A stretch of DNA of 64,000 bases from Bacteroidota bacterium (GTDB lineage: Bacteria > Bacteroidota > Bacteroidia > Chitinophagales > Saprospiraceae). The stretch spans positions 1,581-65,580 of the forward strand of contig JAKQLF010000055.1 of the NCBI GenBank assembly GCA_029567325.1. Reading direction: 5' to 3'. Positions 39,712-49,503 of this stretch are shown here, in pieces. A program made the translations under genes and the position numbers. A model generated the notes under the pieces. It searched no databases. It saw only the letters and a program-made list of their open reading frames with translations, and was not told where the DNA came from. Each line of letters begins with the position of its first letter. Position 1 is the stretch's first letter.

Positions 39712-40844
39712 ATTTGAGTAAACCTGAAAGCAATATTTTCGAATCGACTCTCTTAGGAACGGGTGGGGGATATGGAGAAAGTCTGGTAATTCATTTAGCG
39801 AATGATAATTGGATAGTTATAGATTCTTGTATAAATCCTACAACAAAAGGATCATTACCCTTAGAGTATTTAGAAAACCTAGGCGTTGATCTTAAGAAAA
39901 ATGTTAAAATGATTGTGTGTACACATTGGCATGATGATCATATTAGAGGGCTGAGTAAACTATTAGAAAAATGTGAATCAGCCATATTTTCAATGGCAAA
40001 AGCCACCGATCGAAAAAAATTTCTACGACTAGTTGGATTAGATGACAGAAAGAGGAAACTTGAAAGTTCCATTTCATCAACAATTGAAATAAATAAATGT
40101 CTTGAAATCATAGAAAGAAGAAAAACAACTATTCGTCAATCAATTGAAGACAGACTTTTACTTACCAGTGATGAAAATGGAATAAAATATGAAGTTTATT
40201 CTCTTTCCCCTTCAGATTATATAATGAACCAGTTTGACATTGAAATTTCATCACTTATTACTGAATATGGAAGCTCAAATAGGAAACTCATTTTGGAAAG
40301 CCCTAATTCAAAAAGTGTAGTAATTTATATTAAGGTTAACGAATTAAGAGTTTTACTTGGGGCTGATTTGGAGGTTGAAAAAGATTCAAATCAAAAAGGT
40401 TGGCTTAGAATTTTAGACTCTAGTCAAGTTTTAGCTGGGAAGGCTTCCCTTTTTAAGGTTTCTCATCATGGTTCAGAAAATGGTAATCATGAAAGGATGT
40501 GGACAGAGTTACTATTAGAGAGACCTATAACTAAGTTAACTCCTTGGAATAAAAATGGTAAATTGCCAACTTTAGATATGCTTAACAAAATTCACAATAA
40601 AAGCGAAATTGCCCTTATTACATCTACATTTAGAAATTTAAAAAATAAACCTAAACAACGAGACAAAGACATAACAAAAATCATAAAAACTATGAAACCT
40701 TCTCTGGAAGAAGTTCAATTTTCTTATGGGCAAGTAAATTGTCGCTCAAACATTTTTAATAAAAATAGCATCTGGTGTATTGATTTATCGGGTTCTTCTA
40801 AATTGATTAATACAGATCTTTTCAAAGAATATCCTGTATCCTAA
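39702..40844 (+). CDS. MBL-fold metallo-hydrolase (ComEC/Rec2-like)
   Basis: GYGES, IDSC, THWHDDHIRG (HxHxDH), LLGADLE, KVSHHGS; TTG start overlaps the upstream gene by 10 bp. Confidence 0.85.
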   Translation: MGLNLSKPESNIFESTLLGTGGGYGESLVIHLANDNWIVIDSCINPTTKGSLPLEYLENLGVDLKKNVKMIVCTHWHDDHIRGLSKLLEKCESAIFSMAKATDRKKFLRLVGLDDRKRKLESSISSTIEINKCLEIIERRKTTIRQSIEDRLLLTSDENGIKYEVYSLSPSDYIMNQFDIEISSLITEYGSSNRKLILESPNSKSVVIYIKVNELRVLLGADLEVEKDSNQKGWLRILDSSQVLAGKASLFKVSHHGSENGNHERMWTELLLERPITKLTPWNKNGKLPTLDMLNKIHNKSEIALITSTFRNLKNKPKQRDKDITKIIKTMKPSLEEVQFSYGQVNCRSNIFNKNSIWCIDLSGSSKLINTDLFKEYPVS

Positions 40845-41248
40845 TATTCCCTAATAATAAATAATATTTGATGAACCCATCATCTCAAAGCAAGCAAATT
40901 ACATTTTGAAATTATAATAATCAATACTCAAACACTGTATTATTTGTCAAATTAAATCGCCGCAAAAGTATATTAAGCAAAACAAAGCTTTTTATTATCT
41001 ATTATTTTACAATCAGATTAAAGAATCTATCTATTCTGCTTGTTTGAAATGGAAACAAAAAAAAAATTCGATCGTTAACAAAAGGCCGCTTATGTGCTCA
41101 TTTTCACTTTCCGCACAGGAGTTAGATTTAAGGGGAAGTAAAGGACCCCATAAAGCCATTACCTAGAGTAAAATCCTATGCTAGAAAACATGAAATAAGC
41201 AAAGGAAGCAAATTATTCAAATCAATTGCTCTAAATTTTGAGTCAATG

Positions 41249-42352
41249 TTAAACAAAACGCATTAATTCCCCAACCAGTTCTTCAATCAACGGAATTGGA
41301 TTTTTAATGGCCTCTTCAATATCAGATTCCTTGTTTACCAATGGAAAAGCAATCACATCAGACGGCAATGAAAAGGCTTCATCTGCCTCAACCGTCCCAC
41401 AAATAACATACAATTGTTTCTGATATTTCTGACACAGAGCGTAAATCCCTCCAACCACTTTATTTTGAAAGGATTGTCCATCTAGCCTACCCTCTCCAGT
41501 TATGACAAAATCTACTGATTTAATGATTTCTTCCAGACCAAATAAATCAATAAAAAATTCAATTCCGCTTTTTATCTCTGCATTCAGAAATGCCATTGGA
41601 AGCGTTGCGACAGCGCCCGCAGCTCCGATTCCGGCAACATGCTGCAGGTCTTTATGAAATTCATTGTACAAAATATGATGCAGGTTTCGCAGACCTTGAT
41701 CCAACAATTCAACCTCATCAGCATTTGCACCTTTTTGAGGCCCATAAACATAAGTAGCTCCATTTTCCCCAAACATGGGATTATTCACGTCCGTAAGGAA
41801 AACCAATTCAACTTTAGGCAGCTCACCAGGATGGATTGCTGCAATCTTTATGAGATTGGAGCCTTGAGGGCTAAGCGCATTTCCATCTTTATCCAAAAAC
41901 TGGAATCCCAGAGCAACCAAGATACCCATACCCCCATCATTGGTGGCACTCCCTCCTACCATGAGACAAATACGCTCCAGACCTCTGTTTATCACATCTT
42001 TTAAAACCAAGCCAGTTCCATAAGTGGAGGTGAATAAAGGGTTTCTTTCGCTTTGATTCAGTAATGTCAGCCCTGAAGTCATGGCTAGTTCTATATACGC
42101 TGTCTGATCTTTTACACCGTACCAGCTTTCTATTGTCCGGCCAAGTGGGTCTACTGTGCTGAGGTATATTTTATCAAATTTGAGTTTATCGGCAAGTATG
42201 GCAAGCGAACCATCACCACCATCAGCCATCGGATAAACTTCCAATTGCCAATCCGCCTTTTTTGACAATATCGTAGATGATATAATTTCGCAAACACCTG
42301 CCGCGTCAATCGAACCTTTGAATTTATCTGGAGCAATCAGGATGCGCTTCAT
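41249..42352 (-). CDS. Glycerate kinase
   Basis: APDKFKGS, ADGGDG, GGSATNDGG, TGEGRLD. Confidence 0.93.
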   Translation of the reverse strand: MKRILIAPDKFKGSIDAAGVCEIISSTILSKKADWQLEVYPMADGGDGSLAILADKLKFDKIYLSTVDPLGRTIESWYGVKDQTAYIELAMTSGLTLLNQSERNPLFTSTYGTGLVLKDVINRGLERICLMVGGSATNDGGMGILVALGFQFLDKDGNALSPQGSNLIKIAAIHPGELPKVELVFLTDVNNPMFGENGATYVYGPQKGANADEVELLDQGLRNLHHILYNEFHKDLQHVAGIGAAGAVATLPMAFLNAEIKSGIEFFIDLFGLEEIIKSVDFVITGEGRLDGQSFQNKVVGGIYALCQKYQKQLYVICGTVEADEAFSLPSDVIAFPLVNKESDIEEAIKNPIPLIEELVGELMRFV

Positions 42353-42364
42353 GAAACATTAAAC

Positions 42365-43267
42365 TTAGGTGTTGCCGTAACCAAAACCACCTAAAAGTTT
42401 ATCAGAATTTCTCCAATCCTCCTTAACTGTAACGTGTAATTCTAAGTGAATCTGGCTGTTGAAGAATTTCTCCATTTCCAATCTTGCAGCTGTCCCCAAT
42501 TTTTTGATTTCCAAACCTCCCTTTCCGATGATGATGTTTTTCTGATTTGGTCGCTCCACATAAATGACCGCCATTATCCTGATGATGGGGCCATTCTTTG
42601 ACTCGCCTTCTTTAAATGATTCTACAACAACTTCGCAAGCATATGGAACCTCCTGCTTGTATTGCTGCAATAGTTGTTCGCGAATCATTTCGGTAACAAA
42701 AAAGCGCTCATTTTTATCCGATAGTTGATCCTTGGGATAATATGCAGGACCTTCGGGTACAACGTCGCGGATAGAAACCAAAAGATCCGCAAGACCTATT
42801 TTTTCCATTGCAGAAACTGCAAAAACTTTTTCAAAGGGTATGAGTTCAGTCCAGAATTTCTCGAGTACTCCAACCTTGCCACTTCCAGGCTTCAATTGAT
42901 CAATTTTATTGATAATCAAATACTTAGGACAATTTAATTTTTTAGTAAGTTGAATCAGCTTTTCATCACCTTCATATTTTTCAAACACATCGGTGACAAA
43001 TAACAAAAGATCTGCATCTTCAAAAGCTTCGAAAGCTGACGAATTCATCCTTTTATGCAAAGCATATTTTGGATCATCTATAACACCAGGACTATCTGAA
43101 AATATGATTTGCGTATTTTCATCATTCCAAATACCCAAAATACGGTGTCTGGTGGTTTGTGGCTTGGAAGTGATGATGGATAACTTATCGCCTAAAAGCG
43201 CATTCATCAATGTTGATTTACCTACATTGGGGTTTCCAACTATATTAACATATCCTGATCGGTGCAA
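42365..43267 (-). CDS. era: GTPase Era
   Basis: GNPNVGKS, PQTTR, NKID, KH domain with EVPY and IIGKGG. Confidence 0.97.
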   Translation of the reverse strand: MHRSGYVNIVGNPNVGKSTLMNALLGDKLSIITSKPQTTRHRILGIWNDENTQIIFSDSPGVIDDPKYALHKRMNSSAFEAFEDADLLLFVTDVFEKYEGDEKLIQLTKKLNCPKYLIINKIDQLKPGSGKVGVLEKFWTELIPFEKVFAVSAMEKIGLADLLVSIRDVVPEGPAYYPKDQLSDKNERFFVTEMIREQLLQQYKQEVPYACEVVVESFKEGESKNGPIIRIMAVIYVERPNQKNIIIGKGGLEIKKLGTAARLEMEKFFNSQIHLELHVTVKEDWRNSDKLLGGFGYGNT

Positions 43268-43386
43268 ATTTTTACCTTTTAAAGATTCAACTATAGCACA
43301 AAGCTAAAAAAACCACACTATTTCTATTCTATATGTTAGAGAACTTCGCATTGCTACCTATCTTAGCACCTACAAAAGTTTGAAAA

Positions 43387-44157
43387 GTGGCAAAAACGGT
43401 TGCAGAATTACAAAGTGAGGGAAATACATTTGATATTCTATTTTGGGTAGGATGTGCGGGAAGTTTTGATGCAAGGGCCCAAAGAATTACCAAAGCTATG
43501 TGCGAAATCCTGGATCAAGTAGATATTAAATATGCGATCCTTGGTAATGATGAAAAATGTACAGGTGATCCAGCAAGACGTGCAGGAAATGAATTTGTCT
43601 TCCAAATGCTAGCTATTCAAAATATAGAAACACTCAACATGTACGAAGTCAAAAAAATAGTGACTGCGTGCCCGCACTGTTTCAATACCCTCAAAAATGA
43701 ATACCCTGCCTTAGGTGGAAATTATGAAGTCATTCATCATACACAACTACTTCAAGAATTGATTGCTGAAGGAAAACTTAAAGTATCTGGTGGAAAATTT
43801 GAAGGCAAAAAGATCACTTACCACGACTCATGTTACTTGGGTCGAATCAATGGTGAATATGAAGCGCCCAGAAGTGTGATTGCTGCATTGGACATAGATC
43901 TGTCTGAATTAAAAAGAAGTAGAACGACAGGTCTTTGCTGTGGCGCTGGTGGTGCCCAAATGTTTAAAGAGGATGAGCCAGGATTTAAGCGCATCAATGT
44001 TGAGAGAAGTGAAGAAATTATGGCAAGTGGTGCAAATATTGTGGTCGCAAATTGCCCATTCTGCATCACCATGTTGAGTGATGGAATGAAGGCTCATGAA
44101 AAACAAGATGAAATCATGGTCTATGACTTGAGTGAAATGATTATTCAAGCTCGGTAA
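43387..44157 (+). CDS. CCG-domain (Fe-S)-binding oxidoreductase subunit
   Basis: WVGCAGS, CPHC, HDSCYLGR, CCGAGG, CPFC. Confidence 0.9.
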   Translation: MAKTVAELQSEGNTFDILFWVGCAGSFDARAQRITKAMCEILDQVDIKYAILGNDEKCTGDPARRAGNEFVFQMLAIQNIETLNMYEVKKIVTACPHCFNTLKNEYPALGGNYEVIHHTQLLQELIAEGKLKVSGGKFEGKKITYHDSCYLGRINGEYEAPRSVIAALDIDLSELKRSRTTGLCCGAGGAQMFKEDEPGFKRINVERSEEIMASGANIVVANCPFCITMLSDGMKAHEKQDEIMVYDLSEMIIQAR

Positions 44158-44210
44158 ACATGATTTCCATATAAGGACATTTAGTCCATAAAACACTAGT
44201 TATCAGCCTT

Positions 44211-44888
44211 TTAAGCTAACAACTTTTGGACGTAAAATTCCAACATGTGCAATAATTCATCACTTTGATCTTTTTGATCTCTTTTGATATCTGTCAAACG
44301 TGGTAGATGTTCTGAAAAATAAAGGGTATTAAATGCGCTTTCAATTATTAAAGATGCTGTGGACCTTGGGTATGGATAATCTGCTTTGATGTCTAAAATT
44401 CCTTTGGCAATACGCTCACTTACAGACTTATATGCCGCAAAAAAGCCATCATTATTTTGTTGATCTACTTCTTTGCTGTGGTAAACTTTAGTACCTTCTA
44501 CTATGACAATTCTGTGCAAGATGTCTTCGTCTACGTAAGGCACTTCCAAATCCTTTTTGGCAGCATCAATCAAAACCATCAACATCACCGTCATTCTTTT
44601 TTTGGGTTCTTTGATGTTAATCGTACTGTTTGACAATCTGAAATCCAACCATTCCCAATACCAATTAAGCAGATAAATCAAAAACTTTTGTTTGTTTTCA
44701 AAATAACGATATACAGAAGCTTCTGTGCTTTCTATTTTAGAGGCAAGTCTGCGAAAAGTAAAATTTTCAAATCCGATTTCATCGATCAGAATTATCCCAT
44801 TTTGAATAATCTTCTGCCCCAATTCACTTGATTGTGGATCCTTGATGTATAACTTTTCGTTGACTGTAATACCTAAAAAATGTCCCAT
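44211..44888 (-). CDS. TetR/AcrR family regulator
   Basis: GFENFTFRRLA...TEASVYRYFENK. Confidence 0.9.
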   Translation of the reverse strand: MGHFLGITVNEKLYIKDPQSSELGQKIIQNGIILIDEIGFENFTFRRLASKIESTEASVYRYFENKQKFLIYLLNWYWEWLDFRLSNSTINIKEPKKRMTVMLMVLIDAAKKDLEVPYVDEDILHRIVIVEGTKVYHSKEVDQQNNDGFFAAYKSVSERIAKGILDIKADYPYPRSTASLIIESAFNTLYFSEHLPRLTDIKRDQKDQSDELLHMLEFYVQKLLA

Positions 44889-44890
44889 TT

Positions 44891-45433
44891 CTAATAATTA
44901 TCTTTTAAATCATAACAACTAGATACATTGAAGTTTCTTAAAATACGCCCTTGTAATTGCTTCCTTGCCTGAAACAACCTACTTTTCACCGTTCCAATTG
45001 GCACGTTTAACAAGTCTGCTATTTCTTCATATTTATACCCTTCAATCAACATTTTCATAGGAATACCATATTCATTGGACAAACAATTGATTTCCTTGTT
45101 AATTTCTTCTAAGGTAGTTTTCACTTCCCCCAGATTGCGCTCAGAGTCAGAAAAATATTCCACGTAGTCAAAAGTCGAACCAATTGGCTCCTTCACAATG
45201 TGAAATTTTTTCCTTTTGCGGTACATATTGATGAATAAATTCTTCATAATGGTCGATAACCAACCTTTGATATTGCTACCAGGTAAAAATTTCTCTTGGT
45301 TTTTTAAAGCTCTGTAGAGGGTTTCTTGATAAAGATCAACAGCGTCCTCTCTATTTTTTGTTAAACGGAAAGCAAATCCATGTAAAAATTTGCTCTGATT
45401 CTGGATGTTACTGTCAAAAGATAATGTGTCCAT
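44891..45433 (-). CDS. ECF RNA polymerase sigma factor
   Basis: DAVDLYQET, WLSTIMKN, YEEIA...GTVKSRLF. Confidence 0.92.
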   Translation of the reverse strand: MDTLSFDSNIQNQSKFLHGFAFRLTKNREDAVDLYQETLYRALKNQEKFLPGSNIKGWLSTIMKNLFINMYRKRKKFHIVKEPIGSTFDYVEYFSDSERNLGEVKTTLEEINKEINCLSNEYGIPMKMLIEGYKYEEIADLLNVPIGTVKSRLFQARKQLQGRILRNFNVSSCYDLKDNY

Positions 45434-45458
45434 CGTTTAGTTTTAATAGTTAGTTGCT

Positions 45459-45492
45459 CAAATATAATAGTAATACTATCATTAACGATAGT
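45459..45492 (-). promoter_or_regulatory. Promoter -7 element with adjacent palindromic operator(s)
   Basis: Minus-strand TATATTTG (45459-45466) abuts ATAGTAATACTAT (45467-45479); second palindrome ACTATC-N6-GATAGT (45475-45492). Confidence 0.65.
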
Positions 45493-45777
45493 TAATTCAA
45501 ATTTGTTTACATTTTTTTTTAAAATTTTTTATATATGAAAAAAGATTTGCGCTTTGAATGATTATTCCAAACAAAAACTATTTATCTGACTACACTACGA
45601 CCATATTGTGTGCTACAGCTCAAGAGGATTTTAAGACTACTGGTGTTTATAAAGTTGATTGCTTGAATATGGGTAAATTTTTCTTCACAACATTACGGAC
45701 AATCCATATTCCGTTTGGTATATAAATTTATACTTTTACACAACTTATGTTATTTAACCAATGTTTAGACAACGTCT

Positions 45778-46260
45778 ATGATTAGAGAACTTATAGCATT
45801 AGAGCCAACGGCAAAGGTCTGGATTTATGTCTCAGACAGATTTTTTTCTGAAGAAGAAACAGAAGAAATAAGAGCTGACCTGTACCAATTTTTAGAAAGT
45901 TGGACAAGTCATAGTCAGCAATTATTGACGTATGGCAATTTATTCCATCACCGGTTTCTGGTCATTTTTGTAGATGATAAGTATGCAGGAGCATCTGGCT
46001 GCTCGATAGATACATCTGTTCGTTTTCTCACATCACTTGGTCAGAAGTACCACGCAGATTTTTTTGATAGAAGCAAAGTTCATGTCCTCATTGATAATCA
46101 GGTGGTCGAGCATAAATTTAGTGATATAAAAAAATTAGTAACAGCAGGAATTATCAATAAAGATACTTTAGTCTTTGACCATACAGTTGCTGACAAAAAT
46201 GGATTTATTAAAAAATGGATACTTCCCATGGAAGAAACCTGGTTTAAAAAGTTTTTATAA
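45778..46260 (+). CDS. Conserved Bacteroidota hypothetical protein
   Basis: VWIY, WTSH, ASGCSID, FFDR motifs. Confidence 0.75.
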   Translation: MIRELIALEPTAKVWIYVSDRFFSEEETEEIRADLYQFLESWTSHSQQLLTYGNLFHHRFLVIFVDDKYAGASGCSIDTSVRFLTSLGQKYHADFFDRSKVHVLIDNQVVEHKFSDIKKLVTAGIINKDTLVFDHTVADKNGFIKKWILPMEETWFKKFL

Positions 46261-46263
46261 AAG

Positions 46264-47355
46264 ATGATAGATAATAATCAAATTGTCAATGCGCTCAAAT
46301 CTGTAAAAGATCCAAAGTCAGGACAGAACATCATCATGGCGAAGATGGTGGAAGATTTGAGGATTGAAGGCCAACAAGTTTTTTTCTCTATTGTCCTTAA
46401 ATCTACAGATCAATCTTTAAAATCCTCACTGAACTTTGCATGCATTGAGGCAATCAATAATGTTTATCCGGAGGCCAATGTAAATATTCACCTCAAGATA
46501 AAATCAGATGCCTTGGATGAAACACACAGTGTACTTCCTCAAGTGAAAAATGTCATTGCGGTTGCATCTGGAAAAGGCGGTGTAGGCAAAAGTACTGTAT
46601 CTGTAAACTTGGCCGTTTCATTGGCTAAAATGGGCGCAAAGGTTGGCTTATTGGATGCAGATGTATATGGTCCATCAATTCCTACGATGATGGGGGTTGC
46701 AGGCCAAAGACCAAAAATTGAAATTCTTTATGGAAAACATAAAATTGTTCCTGTCGAAGCGCATGGCGTAAGTTTAATGTCAGTTGGATTTGTTGTTGAA
46801 CCAGAACAAGCCATCGTTTTGAGAGGGCCACGATTAGGAGGCATGATCAGACAATTTATTCAAGATTGTTTGTGGCCAGATTTGGATTATTTGATCATAG
46901 ATCTTCCACCAGGTACTGGTGACGTGCAGCTCACGCTTGTACAAACTTTACCGGTGACGGGTGTGGTCATGGTCACAACACCACAAAAGGTCGCTCTGAT
47001 TGATGCTGTGAAAGCAATGAACATGTTTCAACTACCCAATATTGGGGTGCCAATCATCGGAGTCGTAGAAAACATGTCTTGGTTTACTCCTGCAGAATTA
47101 CCTGATAATAAGTATTTTATCTTTGGAGAAGGAGGAGGTAAAACACTTGCCAAACAATCAAACTCCGTTTTGCTGGGCCAGATACCTTTAGTTCAAGGAC
47201 TCAGAGAGTCGGGAGACAACGGGGCTCCCATAGCTACTCTAGACGACCACCCTACCGCCAAAGCTTTTGAGAATGTGGCTAAAAATTTTGTAAGACAAGT
47301 GTATATCAGAAACGAAACCATTGAACCAACCAGACTTGTAAAAATGGCTGAATAA
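46264..47355 (+). CDS. Mrp/NBP35 (ApbC) Fe-S cluster carrier ATPase
   Basis: SGKGGVGKST, DADVYGPS, DLPPGTGD, VENMS. Confidence 0.95.
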   Translation: MIDNNQIVNALKSVKDPKSGQNIIMAKMVEDLRIEGQQVFFSIVLKSTDQSLKSSLNFACIEAINNVYPEANVNIHLKIKSDALDETHSVLPQVKNVIAVASGKGGVGKSTVSVNLAVSLAKMGAKVGLLDADVYGPSIPTMMGVAGQRPKIEILYGKHKIVPVEAHGVSLMSVGFVVEPEQAIVLRGPRLGGMIRQFIQDCLWPDLDYLIIDLPPGTGDVQLTLVQTLPVTGVVMVTTPQKVALIDAVKAMNMFQLPNIGVPIIGVVENMSWFTPAELPDNKYFIFGEGGGKTLAKQSNSVLLGQIPLVQGLRESGDNGAPIATLDDHPTAKAFENVAKNFVRQVYIRNETIEPTRLVKMAE

Positions 47356-47357
47356 AT

Positions 47358-47945
47358 ATGGATGATAACTTATTCGATAAACTAAAATCGCTTTTCAACA
47401 AATCTCAAAAAATTGCACCTTCTAGACCGACTATTCATGAAGAATGGAAGTTAGAGGAGTTTTTGGTCGATATTGAGAGAAGGGAACTCGACGCTGTAAG
47501 ATCATTTTGCGGTCAAATCTTGGATCAATATAAATTTTGGAAATTGGGATTGTCTGTTAAAGATCAGTTCTATTTTATGAATAATGACAAAATCTCCGCA
47601 ATTGCCTTTGACTGTAAACCCAAAGCTTTTGATCACATCCAAAGCATGAAATTCATTTCTGTTGTGGGCAATAAGATCAAGGAAATGAACTACATCATCA
47701 AATTGGCTGATGTGATGACCAGAAGTCGAGATGAAAACATTGAAACTATTTACAAAATATATCTGAAACCTTCCCACCGTTTGCAAATAGAGGAAAAAGC
47801 CAAGCAACTATATGGAAATCTACAGATTGAATATTTGTTGATCAATAACAAACCAATGAGAATTTCATTGAAGGCTTCTAAATATAGCGATCAAAACTAT
47901 GCAGAGGCTCTGCCTTTCGAACAACTATTAGAAATGCTTTCTTAA
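47358..47945 (+). CDS. Hypothetical protein
   Basis: 195-aa ORF coupled to mrp; YLKP...QLYGN. Confidence 0.65.
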   Translation: MDDNLFDKLKSLFNKSQKIAPSRPTIHEEWKLEEFLVDIERRELDAVRSFCGQILDQYKFWKLGLSVKDQFYFMNNDKISAIAFDCKPKAFDHIQSMKFISVVGNKIKEMNYIIKLADVMTRSRDENIETIYKIYLKPSHRLQIEEKAKQLYGNLQIEYLLINNKPMRISLKASKYSDQNYAEALPFEQLLEMLS

Positions 47946-48043
47946 TAACAAGATTTCAAAAATTGAAAAATTTGTACTAGCTAAATATTTTTCGCCCCTT
48001 CTATTTTCATTCAATCTTTATAATCTTTCTCATAAAGATTTGG

Positions 48044-48070
48044 CACAGGCGAAAAGCCTTTCGCCCCTAC
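48044..48070 (-). repeat. GTAG-type REP-like palindrome
   Basis: Minus strand GTAG-G-GGCGAAA-GGCT-TTTCGCC-TGTG; degenerate half copy near 47983-48001. Confidence 0.65.
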
Positions 48071-48071
48071 A

Positions 48072-48125
48072 TTTTTCACTTTATGAACTTTCAAACTTTA
48101 TGAACTTTATGAACTTCCAAACTCT
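48072..48125. repeat. Second copy of the TTTATGAAC/TTTCAAAC repeat family
   Basis: TTTTCAC TTTATGAAC TTTCAAAC TTTATGAAC TTTATGAAC TTCCAAAC TCT. Confidence 0.9.
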
Positions 48126-48129
48126 ATAT

Positions 48130-48675
48130 CTACCCTTCTGAAGAATCTTTTTTCTTGATCTCATCAATCGTTTCTAAAGTCTTTTCCCAGAATGTACTGA
48201 AAACTGGTTTTAATTTATTGAGTGCTTGTTGAGAAACCGCTGGCACTTGCACTAAATATGGATAAGTAAAAGAAGAGGCTTTCGTTTGGTCAGAAACCAA
48301 TTTCACTTTATCAACCAAACCTATACTCAATGCTAAGATGGTAGCAAAGAAAAAGCCCTGTAAAGCTGCACCTGCAGATTTGTTTATAATGTTGAGATGG
48401 ACAACCTCCAGTAATTCTTCTAGCTTTTTACCAATAAATCTGATGGTAACCATCACGCCAATGAAAGTAACTGCAATACCCAAAATGAAGGTGATTGCAG
48501 GATTTATTTTCAACAGGTTTTGAAGAAAATCAATAACAATCGGTGAAATTTTGAGTGCTGCTACTATTCCTATGATCAATGAGAGGGTATCAAATATAGT
48601 TTTGATGAGTCCTCTTTTGTATCCAAGGTACAAACCCAAAGAAATGATGATTGCTGATAAAACGTCTATGACCAT
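48130..48675 (-). CDS. CvpA family membrane protein
   Basis: GYKRGLI, INKSAGA; four TM segments. Confidence 0.88.
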   Translation of the reverse strand: MVIDVLSAIIISLGLYLGYKRGLIKTIFDTLSLIIGIVAALKISPIVIDFLQNLLKINPAITFILGIAVTFIGVMVTIRFIGKKLEELLEVVHLNIINKSAGAALQGFFFATILALSIGLVDKVKLVSDQTKASSFTYPYLVQVPAVSQQALNKLKPVFSTFWEKTLETIDEIKKKDSSEG

Positions 48676-48816
48676 TGTGCAAATTCTTTTAAGAAAGCTA
48701 GCGTAAATAATAAAACAAAGATAGTGGTAGCCACAATATCAAGTTAACATTGGGTAATGCGTTCGTCGATTTGTTTCTACAGTTGAGATAATTATTACAT
48801 ATAAAAGGATAAAAAT

Positions 48817-49503
48817 CTAGGCCTTGCGTTTCATGTAGTAGTCGAATACCTTGGTAACTACAGCTTTACCTAGACTTGCCGGATCTTTTCTTAGTTCTTG
48901 TTCTTCATGGCCTACAGCAAGAAAAATAGCGTCGACAGCTCTTTCAGCCATAAAGTCACTGAGTGAAGCATCCACTTTATTTTTAGAGAACATATTGTAG
49001 GTACCCGCAGCCAAGGGCCAATATTTATTTACTTCGCTTTTGTTGAGTTCGAGATTTAATCTTTCACTATATCTTTTTTTGACCACCACCTTCATGTTAT
49101 TTTTGAGCACTTGGGTAGCGGCATCCTTACCACCTGTAACCACTGCTACTGCATCGCCAAAATCTACTTCACTGATTGCATCTTTCATTATGCCCTCACT
49201 TTCAGTAAGCATGATAGAGGCAGATTTAGCAATTACTTCTTTGGACTTTGCAATTTCTGCACTCAAACCAAGACTTGAGAGGCTGTTGAGCACCAGATTC
49301 ACTTCAGGTGGAAGTGTTTGCATCGGATCATCACCTGATAAATTTTTGAGCTGCATCAATGCTTTGAAAGTGCTACTATTTAAAATTTCTCTTAAAGCAG
49401 TGATCGTTTCTAATGCACTTGGCTTCAAAGTAGAATTCATCAAAGTGCTGCAAGACATAAAAGTTACAGCTAAAAAGCATATGAGATATTTTCCTGTGCT
49501 CAT
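48817..49503 (-). CDS. DUF4197-like lipoprotein
   Basis: Lipobox MSC; DAVAVVTGGKDAAT, EEQELRKDP, KVF. Confidence 0.7.
   Translation of the reverse strand: MSTGKYLICFLAVTFMSCSTLMNSTLKPSALETITALREILNSSTFKALMQLKNLSGDDPMQTLPPEVNLVLNSLSSLGLSAEIAKSKEVIAKSASIMLTESEGIMKDAISEVDFGDAVAVVTGGKDAATQVLKNNMKVVVKKRYSERLNLELNKSEVNKYWPLAAGTYNMFSKNKVDASLSDFMAERAVDAIFLAVGHEEQELRKDPASLGKAVVTKVFDYYMKRKA

Noticed and set aside
45558..45725. 55-codon ORF (MIIPNKNY...) upstream of the mrp operon
   Set aside because: No motif or other support; plausible by chance.
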